From assembly GCF_026571515.1 (NCBI RefSeq), contig NW_026864712.1:124001-188000 (forward strand): a DNA stretch of 64,000 nucleotides, read 5' to 3'. The notes beneath the pieces were generated by a model, which saw only the letters and a program-made list of their open reading frames with translations, made no database searches and was not told where the DNA came from. The translations under genes were made by a program, and so were the position numbers. Of this stretch, positions 36,941 through 49,900 are shown one piece after another. How positions within the stretch are numbered: the first letter of the stretch is position 1; each line of letters begins with the position of its first letter. The stretch is from Ruditapes philippinarum (lineage: Eukaryota).

Positions 36941-39900
36941 TCAATTCAATTCAATTCAAATTTTATTGCATTTTTCGACAAAACTTTGCCTTTGGCAATA
37001 CATACAAAACATACATAAATCACTTGAAATATGACATACATTCAATACATTCAATACAAATATACAATGTTCACATAAAATGTAGAAACATATCAAATTT
37101 ACAATTCTTGCATTGTTTCTAAAACACTAGATCTTAATGCGAATGCTTTATCTAAAAATTTACATAGTTGCAATATTCTACTTTTATTTCCTGATGACAT
37201 AATAGAATAGAACTTATTTAAAGTTGGAAAAGATACATGTTTTATAAAAGATTTTCTCAGTTCTGAATATAAGGGACAACATAATAAGAAGTGGTATTCT
37301 GATTCAACATATTTATACGGGCATAATTTACACAATCTGTTATTTCTATCAGTTCTCATATATCTACCTGTTTCTATTTCTAAGGAATGAGAACATAATC
37401 TAAAACATGATACTAGTAATTGTTTACGTAAATTGTCATTTTTTACAAAATTAAGATATTCCTCTATATTTCTTATAGTAGTCAAGCTTTGGCATATTAT
37501 CTATACAGTCATGTCACTGTTGTAAAAATTGATCTCTTATTCTCTGCTTAAATATCATATTATAATTGACATTAACTGCATAGTTATAAATAATGTACGG
37601 GAAGCCCATATCAGTAATAACAGAGTGAACGCGTTTAGCCCAGCTTTTATCATTCCCATTAATACATTGGTCTAAATAAATATGGTATATAGGCGCCTGC
37701 TGACGCTTAACGATTTTATTCCAAAATTGTAAAGCTCTTTCCGTACATAGAACAGACAAAGGAAATTTACCTAGTTCCCCATAGATAGCACAATTTGGGG
37801 TCTGTCTTTTGACACCTAAAACATATTTATAAAATCTTATCTGTAGTTTATCAATATCTTTCAGCTTATATATACCCCAAACCTCTGACCCGTATAACAA
37901 GATTAGAGCTACCATCCTTTCAAATAAGTATAATTTTGTTTTAACATCGAATTTAACTCTATCAAAGAGTGCGAGAAGATTGTGGTAAGCTCTTAGTCCT
38001 TGATCTGATAGTGCTTTCACAGCTTCAACAAAACTACCTGTGTAAGAAAATTTCACTCCTAAATATGTAAAACTATCTACTTTTTCAACCAATTGACCAT
38101 TTATAAATATATTAAAATTATGGACTGACTTACGTTTTTCAAATACACATATTTTAGTTTTATTAACATTTATCTTCAAACCCCATTTACATGAATATTC
38201 AAAAACATTATCAACTTGTGCCTGCAAGCTTGCAGGGTCAGTTGTAAACAACACAATATCATCCGCAAAAAGTAACAAATATTTAGATAAAAGGTTTAGG
38301 TCGTTGTTAGACAGTTTGTTAAGATCTATACACTGATCAATATCATTAAGGAATAAAATAAACAGCAAGGGAGATAATGGCTTGCCTTGTTTTAAGCCTA
38401 GAGTTACCTAAAAAAAAACAGAAAAAAATGATTTAGAATCAATTTTGACACAAGATGATACAGAAGAGTAAATGGATTTTAACATAGTAACCATTTTACA
38501 GCTAACGCCATTTTCAATCAATTTAATCCACAATGCATCTCTTATTACAGTATCAAACGTTTTTTCATAATCTATGAAAATACAATATAGTTTTGATGTG
38601 TTGTCAAGTATCTTCTGGATAAGGGAATGTAGAATAAAAATAGCGTCAGCTGTAGATCTAGAATCTCTAAAAATCGTAAATCGTTAAAAATTTGTTCTAA
38701 TTCACACCATTTATTTAACCTATTACGTAGTACTAAGGAAATATTTTTGCCATACAATTTACTAACGTGATGCCACGGTAATTTGAAGGATTTTCGGGAT
38801 CACCTTTCTTATAAATAGGTACAATTACCCCTTTACACCATGCTTCTGGGTAAATGCCAGTCTCAAAGATTTTATTGAAAATAGTACACAAATATGGGCT
38901 TATAAATATATTAGCATCAATGAAAAAGTCAGCAACAATATTTAAATAATCAGCACTCTTATTTCTATTCAACGAAGATATATAATTTCTTTCGTTTGAG
39001 GAACGAATTAATTAGAAGGAAATTATTTTCCCTTAAGGTAACGTAGTCATCGTCAGGATATTTAGTAAAGCGTGACATGAGTGCACGATATTTTCGTGCA
39101 GTATTTCAGTCTAAGTTCATTCAGCTTTGGGTAACCGACCGGTTTACATCGTTTAATTTTTTATTTCTTTTTCAAAAATAGAAAGTAGATAATTATGAAT
39201 AAAATATGTTTCATTCATAGGTAGAGTGTGAACAGATATGCATTTGTAAATTTGTAAAATGGCGTCAAAGTGTTTTCTTTAATGTAGTACTTAAACATTA
39301 TTGTGTGATATAAAATATGAATTATTGTATGAATTGTATGTACCATCGGTTACCCAAGTGCTTCGGTTACAAATTACAATTTGAATTTGAAAGTAAGACT
39401 GAGTTGTGTTTTTATTTGTCTGATGTGACGTAGTAGATTGAGGGACACTTCCTCCACACTGATCGGACAATCTAACTGTTCAATATATAACGGTGCATCA
39501 CGTGACTGAATAAAATCGTCTGCAGCTGCAAATTAGAGATATTTGAAAAAATGGTTAACAAAACTATCTGAATCTAAGTTGTTTCTATCAGACGGGCTAC
39601 GTTTGAATTTATTTATGTATTTCCAAAACTTACGCGGTGAGGTTTTTGACATTTGTGACATATTAATTTTTTCTTTAGAGTAAAATATCGCTTTTGCTCG
39701 TCTCTTAACCGTTATATATTCCCGTCTACTTGACAAGAATAACAACTTATTATCATTACACTTATTTGCATAAAAGGCTCTTTTTTATTATGAAAATCTG
39801 CTTTAGCATTTCTGCAATTCACATTAAACCAGGCAGCTTTTTTTAACCTTTTTACATGGCTTTTGACAAAATGTTTTCCCAAAGCACTTAAAAGAGATTT

Positions 39901-40060
39901 CAAAAATTTCGTCGGACAAAGAATTTACACAATTATCAACATCAGTTTCGCCCGACACAAGTTTTTGTGACAAATTGTCAAATATATGCCTTTTTGTCTC
40001 CAGGAGATTTAAAAAAATATTCTGTTTCATCGCTGTTCCATATAATTACTGATAAAGATA
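36941..40060 (-). mobile_element. 5'-truncated, decayed CR1/L2-type LINE (ORF2 reverse transcriptase)
   Basis: PEAWCKGVIVPIYKKGD..NPSNYRGITL, LLFADDIVLF, YLGV and a C-terminal Cys/His motif. AATAAA and a (TTGAA)n tail at 36941-36968. Several frameshifts and an unrelated insert at about 38990-39450. Confidence 0.92.
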
Positions 40061-41228
40061 GATCTAATCATAAAAAGCCGTGGGTATGGATCAGATTAAT
40101 TATAGCGTATTAACAATAAGAAAGACAAAAACTGATCTTGTCAGATCACTCAAAACTAAAATCTATATGCAAATTAGTTAGACATATTTAACAGTAAAAC
40201 GAGATTTTATGACTCTTAATTATTTTTTTTTTATATTTTTTTACGTTTTTGCGCTGAGCATGGAATAAATAATATGTTGATGCTTAAACTAAGAGACTTG
40301 GAAAAAAAGTTGAAAAAAAAACCCATATTTTATATATTTTCCAGTGACTGATTAAAAACAAGTACAGTAATGAGTAAAGGGAAATTAAAAAAAAAAGATT
40401 TGTATATTGAGAGGGGTTTAGTTGTCATAAACAGTAAAACAAAAGGACATACATTAAATTATGAATATCTGAAGTACAATGAATATGTTATGAATTGTAT
40501 TAAATAAATCATGGAAAATCTCTGATTTTAATGAATCATGAACAAACAAAGATGAGAAATTTATAAATTACAGTCAGAAAGTTATTTTTTTACAAAAGTT
40601 GCCAGGTACGAGTATACTATCTATTGTAATAGTATAGAATATCTAAAGGAACTCCACTGAGGTCCAAAAACCTAAAACACACAATTTATTTTCTAAAAAA
40701 ATATCATATCTGTAGAAGAATATGTAAAATTTGATACCTATACATTCAGAATTAAATTGAAAACTGTGATTTTGTCGACTCTTAGCCCGTGTAAAAAGTC
40801 TCTGATCCGAATATAGAACATTTTATATTTTTTTGTTGTTTTTTCGCGATAAAAAACGACATGAGAAAATGATTTGAGATTTTGAACAAAAGTTATTGCT
40901 CCAGGCCTGTGAAAAAGCAATTGTCTAAATATTTCTTCCCAACATCTTAAAAGTAACTGCAGTTGACGTGATAATGAAATTTATCACCTATGCAAGATTT
41001 TATTTCACAAATGGCAAGTTCTATACCCTCTTGCAAACTATCACCTTTTAAAGAGACAAGCTATGAAATAACTTGTTTATATTATGATTAAATCATTTAC
41101 ATGTACAAGAAATGCCGTAGTACTAACCCTGTATTTGTATAGCCAAGAGTTTACACTACGAGGGACATTCAGTAGTTCTGTCACTGGGTTCATAAGTTTG
41201 TAACTGAAACGTTTAATATAAATGTTTT

Positions 41229-42110
41229 CTATTTCAAACCTTCAAGGTATCTCCTAGCGAAATGCATTTTTGTAATGTCTCTGTCCAGTTTCGAAATGCT
41301 GAAAAATAATCTTCTTTTGGACTCTGTCGAGGACACTGATAGATTGCGCTGCCAAGAGAACTCCTGGAGGTATCTTTTACCAGAAAGAATTTTCATAAGT
41401 CTGGGAAACAGACAGCAGTCAGGAAAAAAAAGCGGATCATCGGGATGGTTTACAACTTTAACATTTTCAGACGCCAATAAAGATTTAATAATCTCGCTTT
41501 TGAGAGAAGAAGCATTGTCATGTATAAGATGGACTCCTGACCATCCTTTGCTTCGACACTTCTTAATGTATAAAGCCAGAACTGTCAGTGACTGTGTGAC
41601 CAGACGGACAAGGCACTTAAAACGACTGGTCCATTGAATTCAAGAAAATCGCATACAACACTTTATCACTGATGGCCGTTTTGGCAATACGGAGCTGTTT
41701 TTTTTATCCTTTCGCATCCACTGTATGTTATCAGCCCTTCTTTGAGGCTCAGACATATGTACCCTGTCAGCAAGTTAGAAATAATCCGACCATAACAGTC
41801 ATGTATGTTTTCAGAAGAACTTGAGCACCCTTTAGCCACTGCTTCCTGCGCTTCTTAATGAGCAAATTGGATACACAACTAGGCGTAAACATTTCTCAGA
41901 CCCACATGTTTGGTCAGAATTAACTGAATACTGCTTCCTGATCTTCTTAACTGAAAATCTTGCATCCTGTTCTACATCAGTAGTTGTTTGTCTTGGTGAC
42001 CGAGGATGTACATATGCCTAACAGAAACCTTTGACTGAAGATTGTGCGCTGAAAAGACCTCTGTTTCATATATGCAATACAATTCATTATATACCGGGGT
42101 GCTTTGCAGC
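41229..42110 (-). mobile_element. Decayed mariner transposase
   Basis: Across frameshifts: VEQDARFSV, EPQRRADNIQW, KVLYAIF, LIHDNASS, VVNHP...CLFPRLMKILSGKRY. These are mariner catalytic-domain motifs. Confidence 0.75.
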
Positions 42111-44807
42111 TATATTATGCCTAAAGCGACATTTAACGTAGCTTCGAATTTCAGTTTTGTTCCATTGTACAATACGGTCAGAAAATTGGTCTACAACATA
42201 CTCAGGTGTACCATGCCATGGATTAGAACAGAACGATCAAAGGTCATACAGCCGCAATATGACGCAAATTATCAAAACATAATGCATGCATAACACAGTG
42301 CCAGGGTTCGTTAGCAAGACTAAATTTCTCTGTGACAATTAAGTGTAATATTCAGTTGACTTATACCGTGGATTAAGCAATGGCGTTGATAAGTAGTCGG
42401 CCACTAGTAAACGTGTGATATTAGTGATTTGTGAATGTTATTTTTCTGTTTGTTTGTTTGTTATAACCAGTTGCATATTATATGCCTTGGTTTAATAAAA
42501 ACTGAAACTGGTATTAAAGTGACATTATGGTCACATTTTCATAGTCAAGTTGATCTGAATTAACAATTTATTACAATAAATTGACTGTTTTAACGGTGAT
42601 TGACAAACGCTTGGTATTGAAAAATGTTTAGGATAAAATATAAATCAGCCCAAAATACTGTCTTTTATAAAATCCTTTCCTGTGTTTATACGGAGGTTAT
42701 CATGGAACCTTCAATGTGACAGAGGTGCCATACCATGAAAAGCGGCGTATGGTCCCCAAGTAAAAGAATGGTTGTGCCCTAAACGAGAAAACAATGGGTG
42801 GAACTAAATAAAATGTAATTATGAAGCGGATCTGAGGTTATGAAGCCTGCATATCACAGATAAGACGTCAAAAGACAAATTTAAAAAGCAGACAACATAT
42901 CCTTAGGGTGATTTTACAGTGTTAAAGTAGGAATGCTGGAACCACCCAGTTGAAAATGGCCAAAAAGAAGAAACTAAAAGTACCACATAACATGTGTACG
43001 AAACTTGATAAGAGCAGAGAATTATTGATTAAAATATGTGTTCGTATAGAGGAATCGAACAATTAACTTCGGGCATACGGATCTCTGTATGAAATATGAG
43101 CATTAGCAACAGCCATGAGATCATCATGATAGACTTTAATCTAGACATTCGCAAACTGATTAAGGTCAAGGTTATATTTGAATTACTTAACATGTCGATT
43201 TTGTTATAACAATTATTTTGTCTAAGTTTAAACTAAATCCATAATTAAATAACAATGTTATGGCCTATTGTAGCAAAAATCACTTATATGACGTTATTAG
43301 GCAGTTCATTTATATAAAAACAAAGTTATAACTAATTATAGAATATATCAAACAAAATTAGAAAAAAAAATAACCGTGAAGGTCAAGGTCATTTATCATT
43401 CAAGGTCACGGTCAATCGAGTCTAATTGGGGTTTGTCAAAGGATTTTGTGTTCGAAAAGATGGAGCAAGAATTATACCTTTAATAAGAATAGTGTTTGAC
43501 TCGTGATATTTCACGGTCGGTGGCGAAAATTTTCCTGAATATAAATATATTAAAGTGACCTTTTGTTCATTTTTCATTGTCATGTTGAGCGAAATAAATT
43601 ATCCAATTGAAAGGAATTATGAAGAGAAGAAGAAGAAATAGTTTATTTCGGTAACTTATACATTTACAGTATCTCGTTACATACGATTATTTTGGCAAAA
43701 CTTTAACTTATCTTGATTTTCATCTGGTCGCTCTATATATACATTCTACCATTTGATGACATATAATGTCACTTTTATAAGACTCATGTCAATATTACCA
43801 GATCATGATAATATGATTAATATTTAGGTTTCTAGGTGTTTCGGGACCGAAAGCTTGCCGCCCGATAAATCTATAATTAAATTTTGTAATCTATCTATTA
43901 AAATTTAAGGTGGAATGCAAGCGTATCGAAACATCTAATTTTCAATTCTAAAAATACATTTTACATTATCTTAGTTCACTATTTTTAGTTTTCAAAGCTT
44001 CCCCTTATCTAAACCTATTACAAGTGTTCAAAATATAAAAGCATTCTTTTTCAAATAATGATAAACATTCTTGTTAAAAGAAGAGATTAAACTTAATAAT
44101 TGCTTAAACGTTAAAACGGTTATAACTGCGACCTGAGCTTATACATTTTAAACTCTTTTAGAAAAAGTCAAGGCCGCGATGAAAAATGAATGAAAGATGC
44201 TTTTATGAGAGAAATTTTCATTTTCAGTCATCGTCAATGAAAAAGGAAGTAAACACATCATATATTTTTACTTCCACTTAAGTTATTACGTGTTCTTTTT
44301 CCACTGAAAATAAAATACTATACATATGTAAAATAATAAGGAAAGTTTTAATCATAGTCTGACTATAGATATGTTATATGTGGCAATTACTGTTAAGTTC
44401 ATAATATAAAATTAAATTGTTCTAAATTATATTAATTCGTATAATAAGTCAGGATAGAAAACGCATTTGATTTTATTATAAACAGAATGAAATCAATCAA
44501 GTGCGATTAAACAAGATTTATTGAACATACTGTACTTAAACAAAATCAATCTGTGATATTGATAATTCATTTATACAAAGTTAAAGAGAAAAACATTTGC
44601 TGTTAAAAATTAAAATAATTGTGATGATAAATATGATATACATGTAGTAACACATTTACATGAAACAACATATAAAAAAATACAAAATTAAGCATGGAAT
44701 GGATAGATTACAAAATGTATATATAAAACAGGTACATGTATTTGTAAAAAAATGTAAAACATTCTTAACTTTTTAACACAAATTTATTCAGAGTGATTTT
44801 GTTAATA

Positions 44808-45893
44808 TCATTTTGATTTCCACATTAGATACATTGCTGCTAGCCCAAGACCTATCTTAACAGCACTCCATAAGCTTTCACCCATTGTTGGTTCCGGTAC
44901 AGCGTCTGGTTTAAAAGGTCTTCGGGGCTTAGACTCGTGCCGAACAGACGGAGTATCATTTCTTGAGTACAATATATTCTCAACTTTACGAGCTTCATCA
45001 TCATTTGTATAATGCCAATTAGTTGAAGATCTGGTTGGTTGCTGAACGCGGACCGAATGCCGATTGTTTACTAATTTTCCATAGCAGTACCCACCCGGTT
45101 GTCCTCTAACATTTACTTCTTTTCCACCACATTTTGTTGTAAGTCTGGCTGCATCAATTGTCTTACTTACATTAGCGGTAATGTAACGACATTTACCTAA
45201 CTTCTCTAGTTGACGAAATACCCAAAGTCGGCGGTTGTCCCAAGAAAACCATTGGCCATTCACTAGTGCTACAGATATACGTTTTATATCTGACACAGAC
45301 AACCTAAAATAAACCAGAGTTTCAAAATATATAGAATATAATTATATATATTCATGAAATCTTATAATATGTAGTAGTTGTATTTATGAAATCTTTTCAT
45401 TATAATGATGATACATTTGAAAGACATTTTTAAGAATAAAGATTCTTTTCACTAATGTTAAGTTATTTTGGGCTGAAACGAAGCTAAGTAATTAGTATTT
45501 AAAGCGAAATAAATGTACATGTACATTTAATGTATGACATTTTAAAGTTAAACTAAACTGCATTGTTAAAAATCAACATGGACCTCCTTTTTGGATTATA
45601 AGAGTACAGATAGACTTATTTTAAGGCACGTGACGGCAGACATGGCGACTTGCCAGCTTCACTTACGAATATCAAGATACTAACCAGGAACGGTAGTAGG
45701 ATTCGAACCCAACCCGATTAGCTGCAAGTAATTCTATCAGTTACCCTAACAGCCTTATGATGACCAAACGTATTTACCTGTCTTCATACAGATCGTCCAA
45801 GGTTTCACCAATTAGTTTACCTGTTGTCGAAAAACGGCAGCTTATACTATCTTGTGAAAAATAAATATCAGATGGCTTTAACTGTGTTATCAT
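44808..45893 (-). CDS. ParB/Srx-like domain protein with a C-terminal tail anchor, paralog A1 (203 aa, 2 exons)
   Basis: Exon 1 45778-45893 (MITQLKPSDIYFSQDSISCRFSTTGKLIGETLDDLYED-R), phase-2 GT-AG intron, exon 2 44808-45303 (LSVSDIKRISVALVNGQWFSWDNRRLWVF...TTKCGGKEVNVRG...SLWSAVKIGLGLAAMYLMWKSK*). The structure is conserved in 4 paralogs. The domain call is from motif recognition. Confidence 0.85.
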
Positions 45894-46387
45894 GTTTAAT
45901 TTGCATGTATATATATATCTTTAAGTAAATTGTTATCCAACGTGTAATAATGTTAATTATTTCTTAAAACTCAAAGGTTTGGCGACATTTAATTATAACG
46001 TTCCATTGCTATTTCCATGAAGAATTATCCTTTTTTTAATCCTTAAGCCAAAATGTCTCCTACTTTTTTATCACAGTTGACATCTAATTAGAACATTTTA
46101 TATACGCTGATACAATTTTCGAGAAACTAAAACGAAACCAACTGCGTTTTCCGAAAATTGCAAGTACTGTAGCTATTTATAAAATCGATGTTATACATCT
46201 CTCCTCTAATCATACAGGCAATGTGTGTTTGATAACCTTGGCATACAGCTTAATGTGTAACGATAGTGCATAAAGCTATGCATGTATGTCTATCGTCTAA
46301 TTATTTTTCAGTTTTGGAAAAAGAATACTTCCAATAGAATAATTGTTAACAATATAATGTGTCGATGACCTGAGAGTATACTTCTAG

Positions 46388-46399
46388 TGTGTGTGTGCG

Positions 46400-46431
<32 letters not shown>

Positions 46432-46468
46432 TGTGTGCGCGTGTGCGTGTGTGCGTGCGTGCGTGCGT
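46388..46468. repeat. (TG)n/(TGCG)n microsatellite
   Basis: Directly visible; shorter counterpart at about 57170-57200. Confidence 0.9.
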
Positions 46469-47386
46469 TTGAAAGCTTTTGCTTGGAGCAAAATATATTG
46501 CTGTTTATAATAAATTGAAACTGCTGTTTATTTAAACACAAATCATGCATATCAAATGAAAATGAATTTAAAAAATACCTATGTAATTGATAGTTCTTAC
46601 TTAAAATAGTGACGGGGTCTGATTCAGAAAAGAACAATACACTTGTGATACTTATCTTTATAACCCATATTATTACATTTATTCCGAAGTAACATTATTG
46701 AATGACATAACACTTATTGTTTAAAAATTAATATAAACTAAATAAAACATCATTAGAAAGATGATTTAATTGTAAAATAACTTATAGATGAAGTGGAGAC
46801 AACTTTAATCAGACAAGTTGTTTATTGCATTATGAAATCGACTTATTGTAGACTAATTGACAAAGTTTTTTATGAACTTCATTATAAACGAGGTATGTAC
46901 AAAATATTTCTTGGACATGATAATCTTGGTTGATATGAATCGAAATGTTGTCTTATTTCTAAGTGTGTTTTACTTTTATTGAAAATCTTTATTACTATTT
47001 GCACTTTAATAACCATGGCAACTCGTATATAAAGAATTCATAGTGTTTGAAAGACTCTGTTGCTCTTTATAACTTTGAAAATGAAAATATAATGTTACGT
47101 ACACCTCTTGTGAACTGCTATAAACAGATTACATAGAAGATGTGAAAAAATGTATGATTGCATCACTAGTAAAAATAAAATTGAAGGAAACAAGAAGGAA
47201 ATCAAACTTCAGAGTTTCCGGTAATTAGAAGATATTTTTTAATGAATTTATAAGGAAAAAATATGGGACTTTTAAATATCGTCCGGATTTCAGAGGACTC
47301 CGGTTTTCAGAGGTTTTACTGAAGTTTAATTTGAATACAGCAAACCATTTCATGTCATGTCTTCATTTTGCAGACGAACCTATTAA

Positions 47387-48131
47387 GGTATTAGGACCCT
47401 AATGGGCACTATCAGGAACTAAAGAATTGACATCATAGGTCATATGTATACCTTAAAGTACACCTGTATGCAAAATTTACACAAAGTTTACCGTACGGAA
47501 ATCAAGTTATGGCCACTTTTCTGAACTCAAGCTAGGATGTTATGAGGGCCCTTTTTTGAAATGAGGAACCTTTAAATAATCTGCAATAACATTCTAATGA
47601 AAAATGTTTTCCCATGAATTTTTGGTAAGAAACAAAAAGTACCATTCAGCTAACATTCCACATAAGCAAAATTATGGTTTCTTCTTAAAATTTATGAAAT
47701 CTTTATAAAAATGTTACCCTACCCCACCCATTTTTACATCATGTCTGACCATTTTTCTACTTAGGGAGCCTAATTCAAAAAATTCTTAAAATTTACCCAA
47801 ATGAGTGCCTGTTTTCAAAGTTTCCCTAAATTTTAAAAAAAGTATATTGGTTGATCTTGTAAAATATGAAATACTTTTACCGTCTAGTTTTGATTACATT
47901 ACACTTTGAAAATATCAGGTTCCATATTTATTACTAGATTTAGCATATATAATTTAGCCAATAAATACTTATATAGATTAAAAATTCAAAATTAAACACA
48001 AAATTAAAGAAAAAAAAGTTGACCCTCCTGGGGATTGAACCCATGGCCCTCATTTTCAATGTAGCTAACAGTAATTCTAGCCTATTTGAATACTCTTCAA
48101 AGCGGAGGTAATGCATTAGGGTGCTAATATC
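47387..48131. mobile_element. TTAA-flanked MITE (Kolobok-like)
   Basis: TIR GGTATTAGGACCCTAATG / CATTAGGGTGCTAATATC with TTAA on both sides. Purine termini favour Kolobok over piggyBac. Confidence 0.75.
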
Positions 48132-49900
48132 TTAAGTTATAAGTTATTAAGAGAACGTGCCGTTAAAAAGCACACGAATTAGTTTAAGACAAATCACAAA
48201 CAAATCGTTTTAGCAAGAGGCCGTTCTAATTACAATAAGCGTTTTCTTTCTCGGTTAGTGTTAAAAAAATAACTTTCACAAATGAAACAATTGAAAACGT
48301 TATGAATCATTTCAGCCCATTCAACAAACTGTCCTTTTAGCGCTTCCCAAGTGTCAACAAAACAATTGCCCCGATGCCAATAACCTTTGCAGCCGTCCAG
48401 AGAAACGAAGATGAACTCTGTGAATGCCATCGGCCACCAGGGTCACCTCTCACATCTACATTACGTCCTCCGCATTTAATGGTCATGTGATACTGGGGCA
48501 TAGATACCATACTGTTTACTGGAATTCTTTTACATTTGCCAAGCCTTTCGAGGTGACGAAATACCCATAATCTTCTGTTATTCTGTGTGATCCACCGACC
48601 ATTTACTTTGGTTACAGAAATTGGATCAATGTCTGATACATTGAGCCTGTAAAAAGTTAACCGAATAATATTGATGAATTGTCTGAAAATTAAACTATTT
48701 ATGTCATGTATATATATATACAAGGTAAGAACCATATTCTTCTTTATTCAGTTGTAAAACACTGCCTGCCATTTTGATGTTCGTCTGAGAAATGACAGCG
48801 CTGATGTTGTATTGAGAAAAACATATTTCTGTTACTCTGTGATATAGTTGTGTAGTTGTAAAGTCGTTATAAACTTCAACCTCTTTATGAATTAAATAAA
48901 TAAATTAAACAAGAGGGTCATTATAGCCCTGAGTCGCTCACCAGAAACATGTTGGAAATTATAATTCAAAATAACTTGCTGAAAGGCAAGTCCAGCCCTT
49001 TCAGCAAGTTCAGCTCAACTTTAACTTGCCCCTCTAGTAATGTACTTTCACAACACTGATTGTTTTAGCTTTATTTCTTCATAATAAACAACAGGGCCGC
49101 TAAGATGGCCCTTGATCACTCATCTAACCCACCTTTCTTTATTCACTCTATAAATTGAAATATTTTGCCCTAAAAGTTTGGAAAGGCGTTATTAAAAATA
49201 TGCTATTGCAAGTGTGTTCCTATGAGACTATGTAGAATATATGCAAAATAAATTACCACTAGAGCAGGATTAATTTTGACTGGACAATTTTTTTATAACT
49301 TTTTTGAATGAAAGCACAAAATGTCACATGCAAAACATGTAAGGTGTAGATGTTTAAAGTTTACAGTTTGGGACAACAAATTATTTATACATTCTGTATG
49401 GTAACATAACTGTACCTCAAAAAAAGACAATAAGTCAAATATTGTAAAAAATATGAAAGGAAGGCCAGTTGAGATTAAATTCAATTCACCATCAGAAATT
49501 ACACCCCTAGTCCAAATTTTAATTTTGTATGTCGAAATACACAAGAATGAAGGTCAAATTATATCAAAAATAGCAAAAGTAGTTCAGTTGATATCAAAAT
49601 TCAGAATTTATAAACCTGGTCCAAATTTAAAATCTGAATGTCAAAATACAAAAAAGAAGGTCAAATGCTGTCAATAATACCTTAAGTAAGTCAGCTGGTA
49701 TCAAATTGAATTCAACATCAAAACACAAATTACACCCCTGGTCCAAATTTCAAGTCTGTACCTAAAAGACAAAAAAAGTAGGTAAAATTATATAAAATAT
49801 ATCAAAAGTAGGCCAGTTCATATCAAAATTCAGGATAAGAAATTAAACCCCTTGTCCAAATTTCCAGCAGGTACATCAATCAAAGCACAGAAGGCGCTGA

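Noticed and set aside
41275-41637. 120-aa plus-strand ORF
   Set aside because: Antisense shadow of the decayed mariner transposase.
46308-46637. His/Thr/Ala-rich ORF (also FIHS-repeat ORFs at 52899 and the start of 57870-58340)
   Set aside because: Translations of (TG)n, (TGCG)n and (TGAA)n microsatellites.
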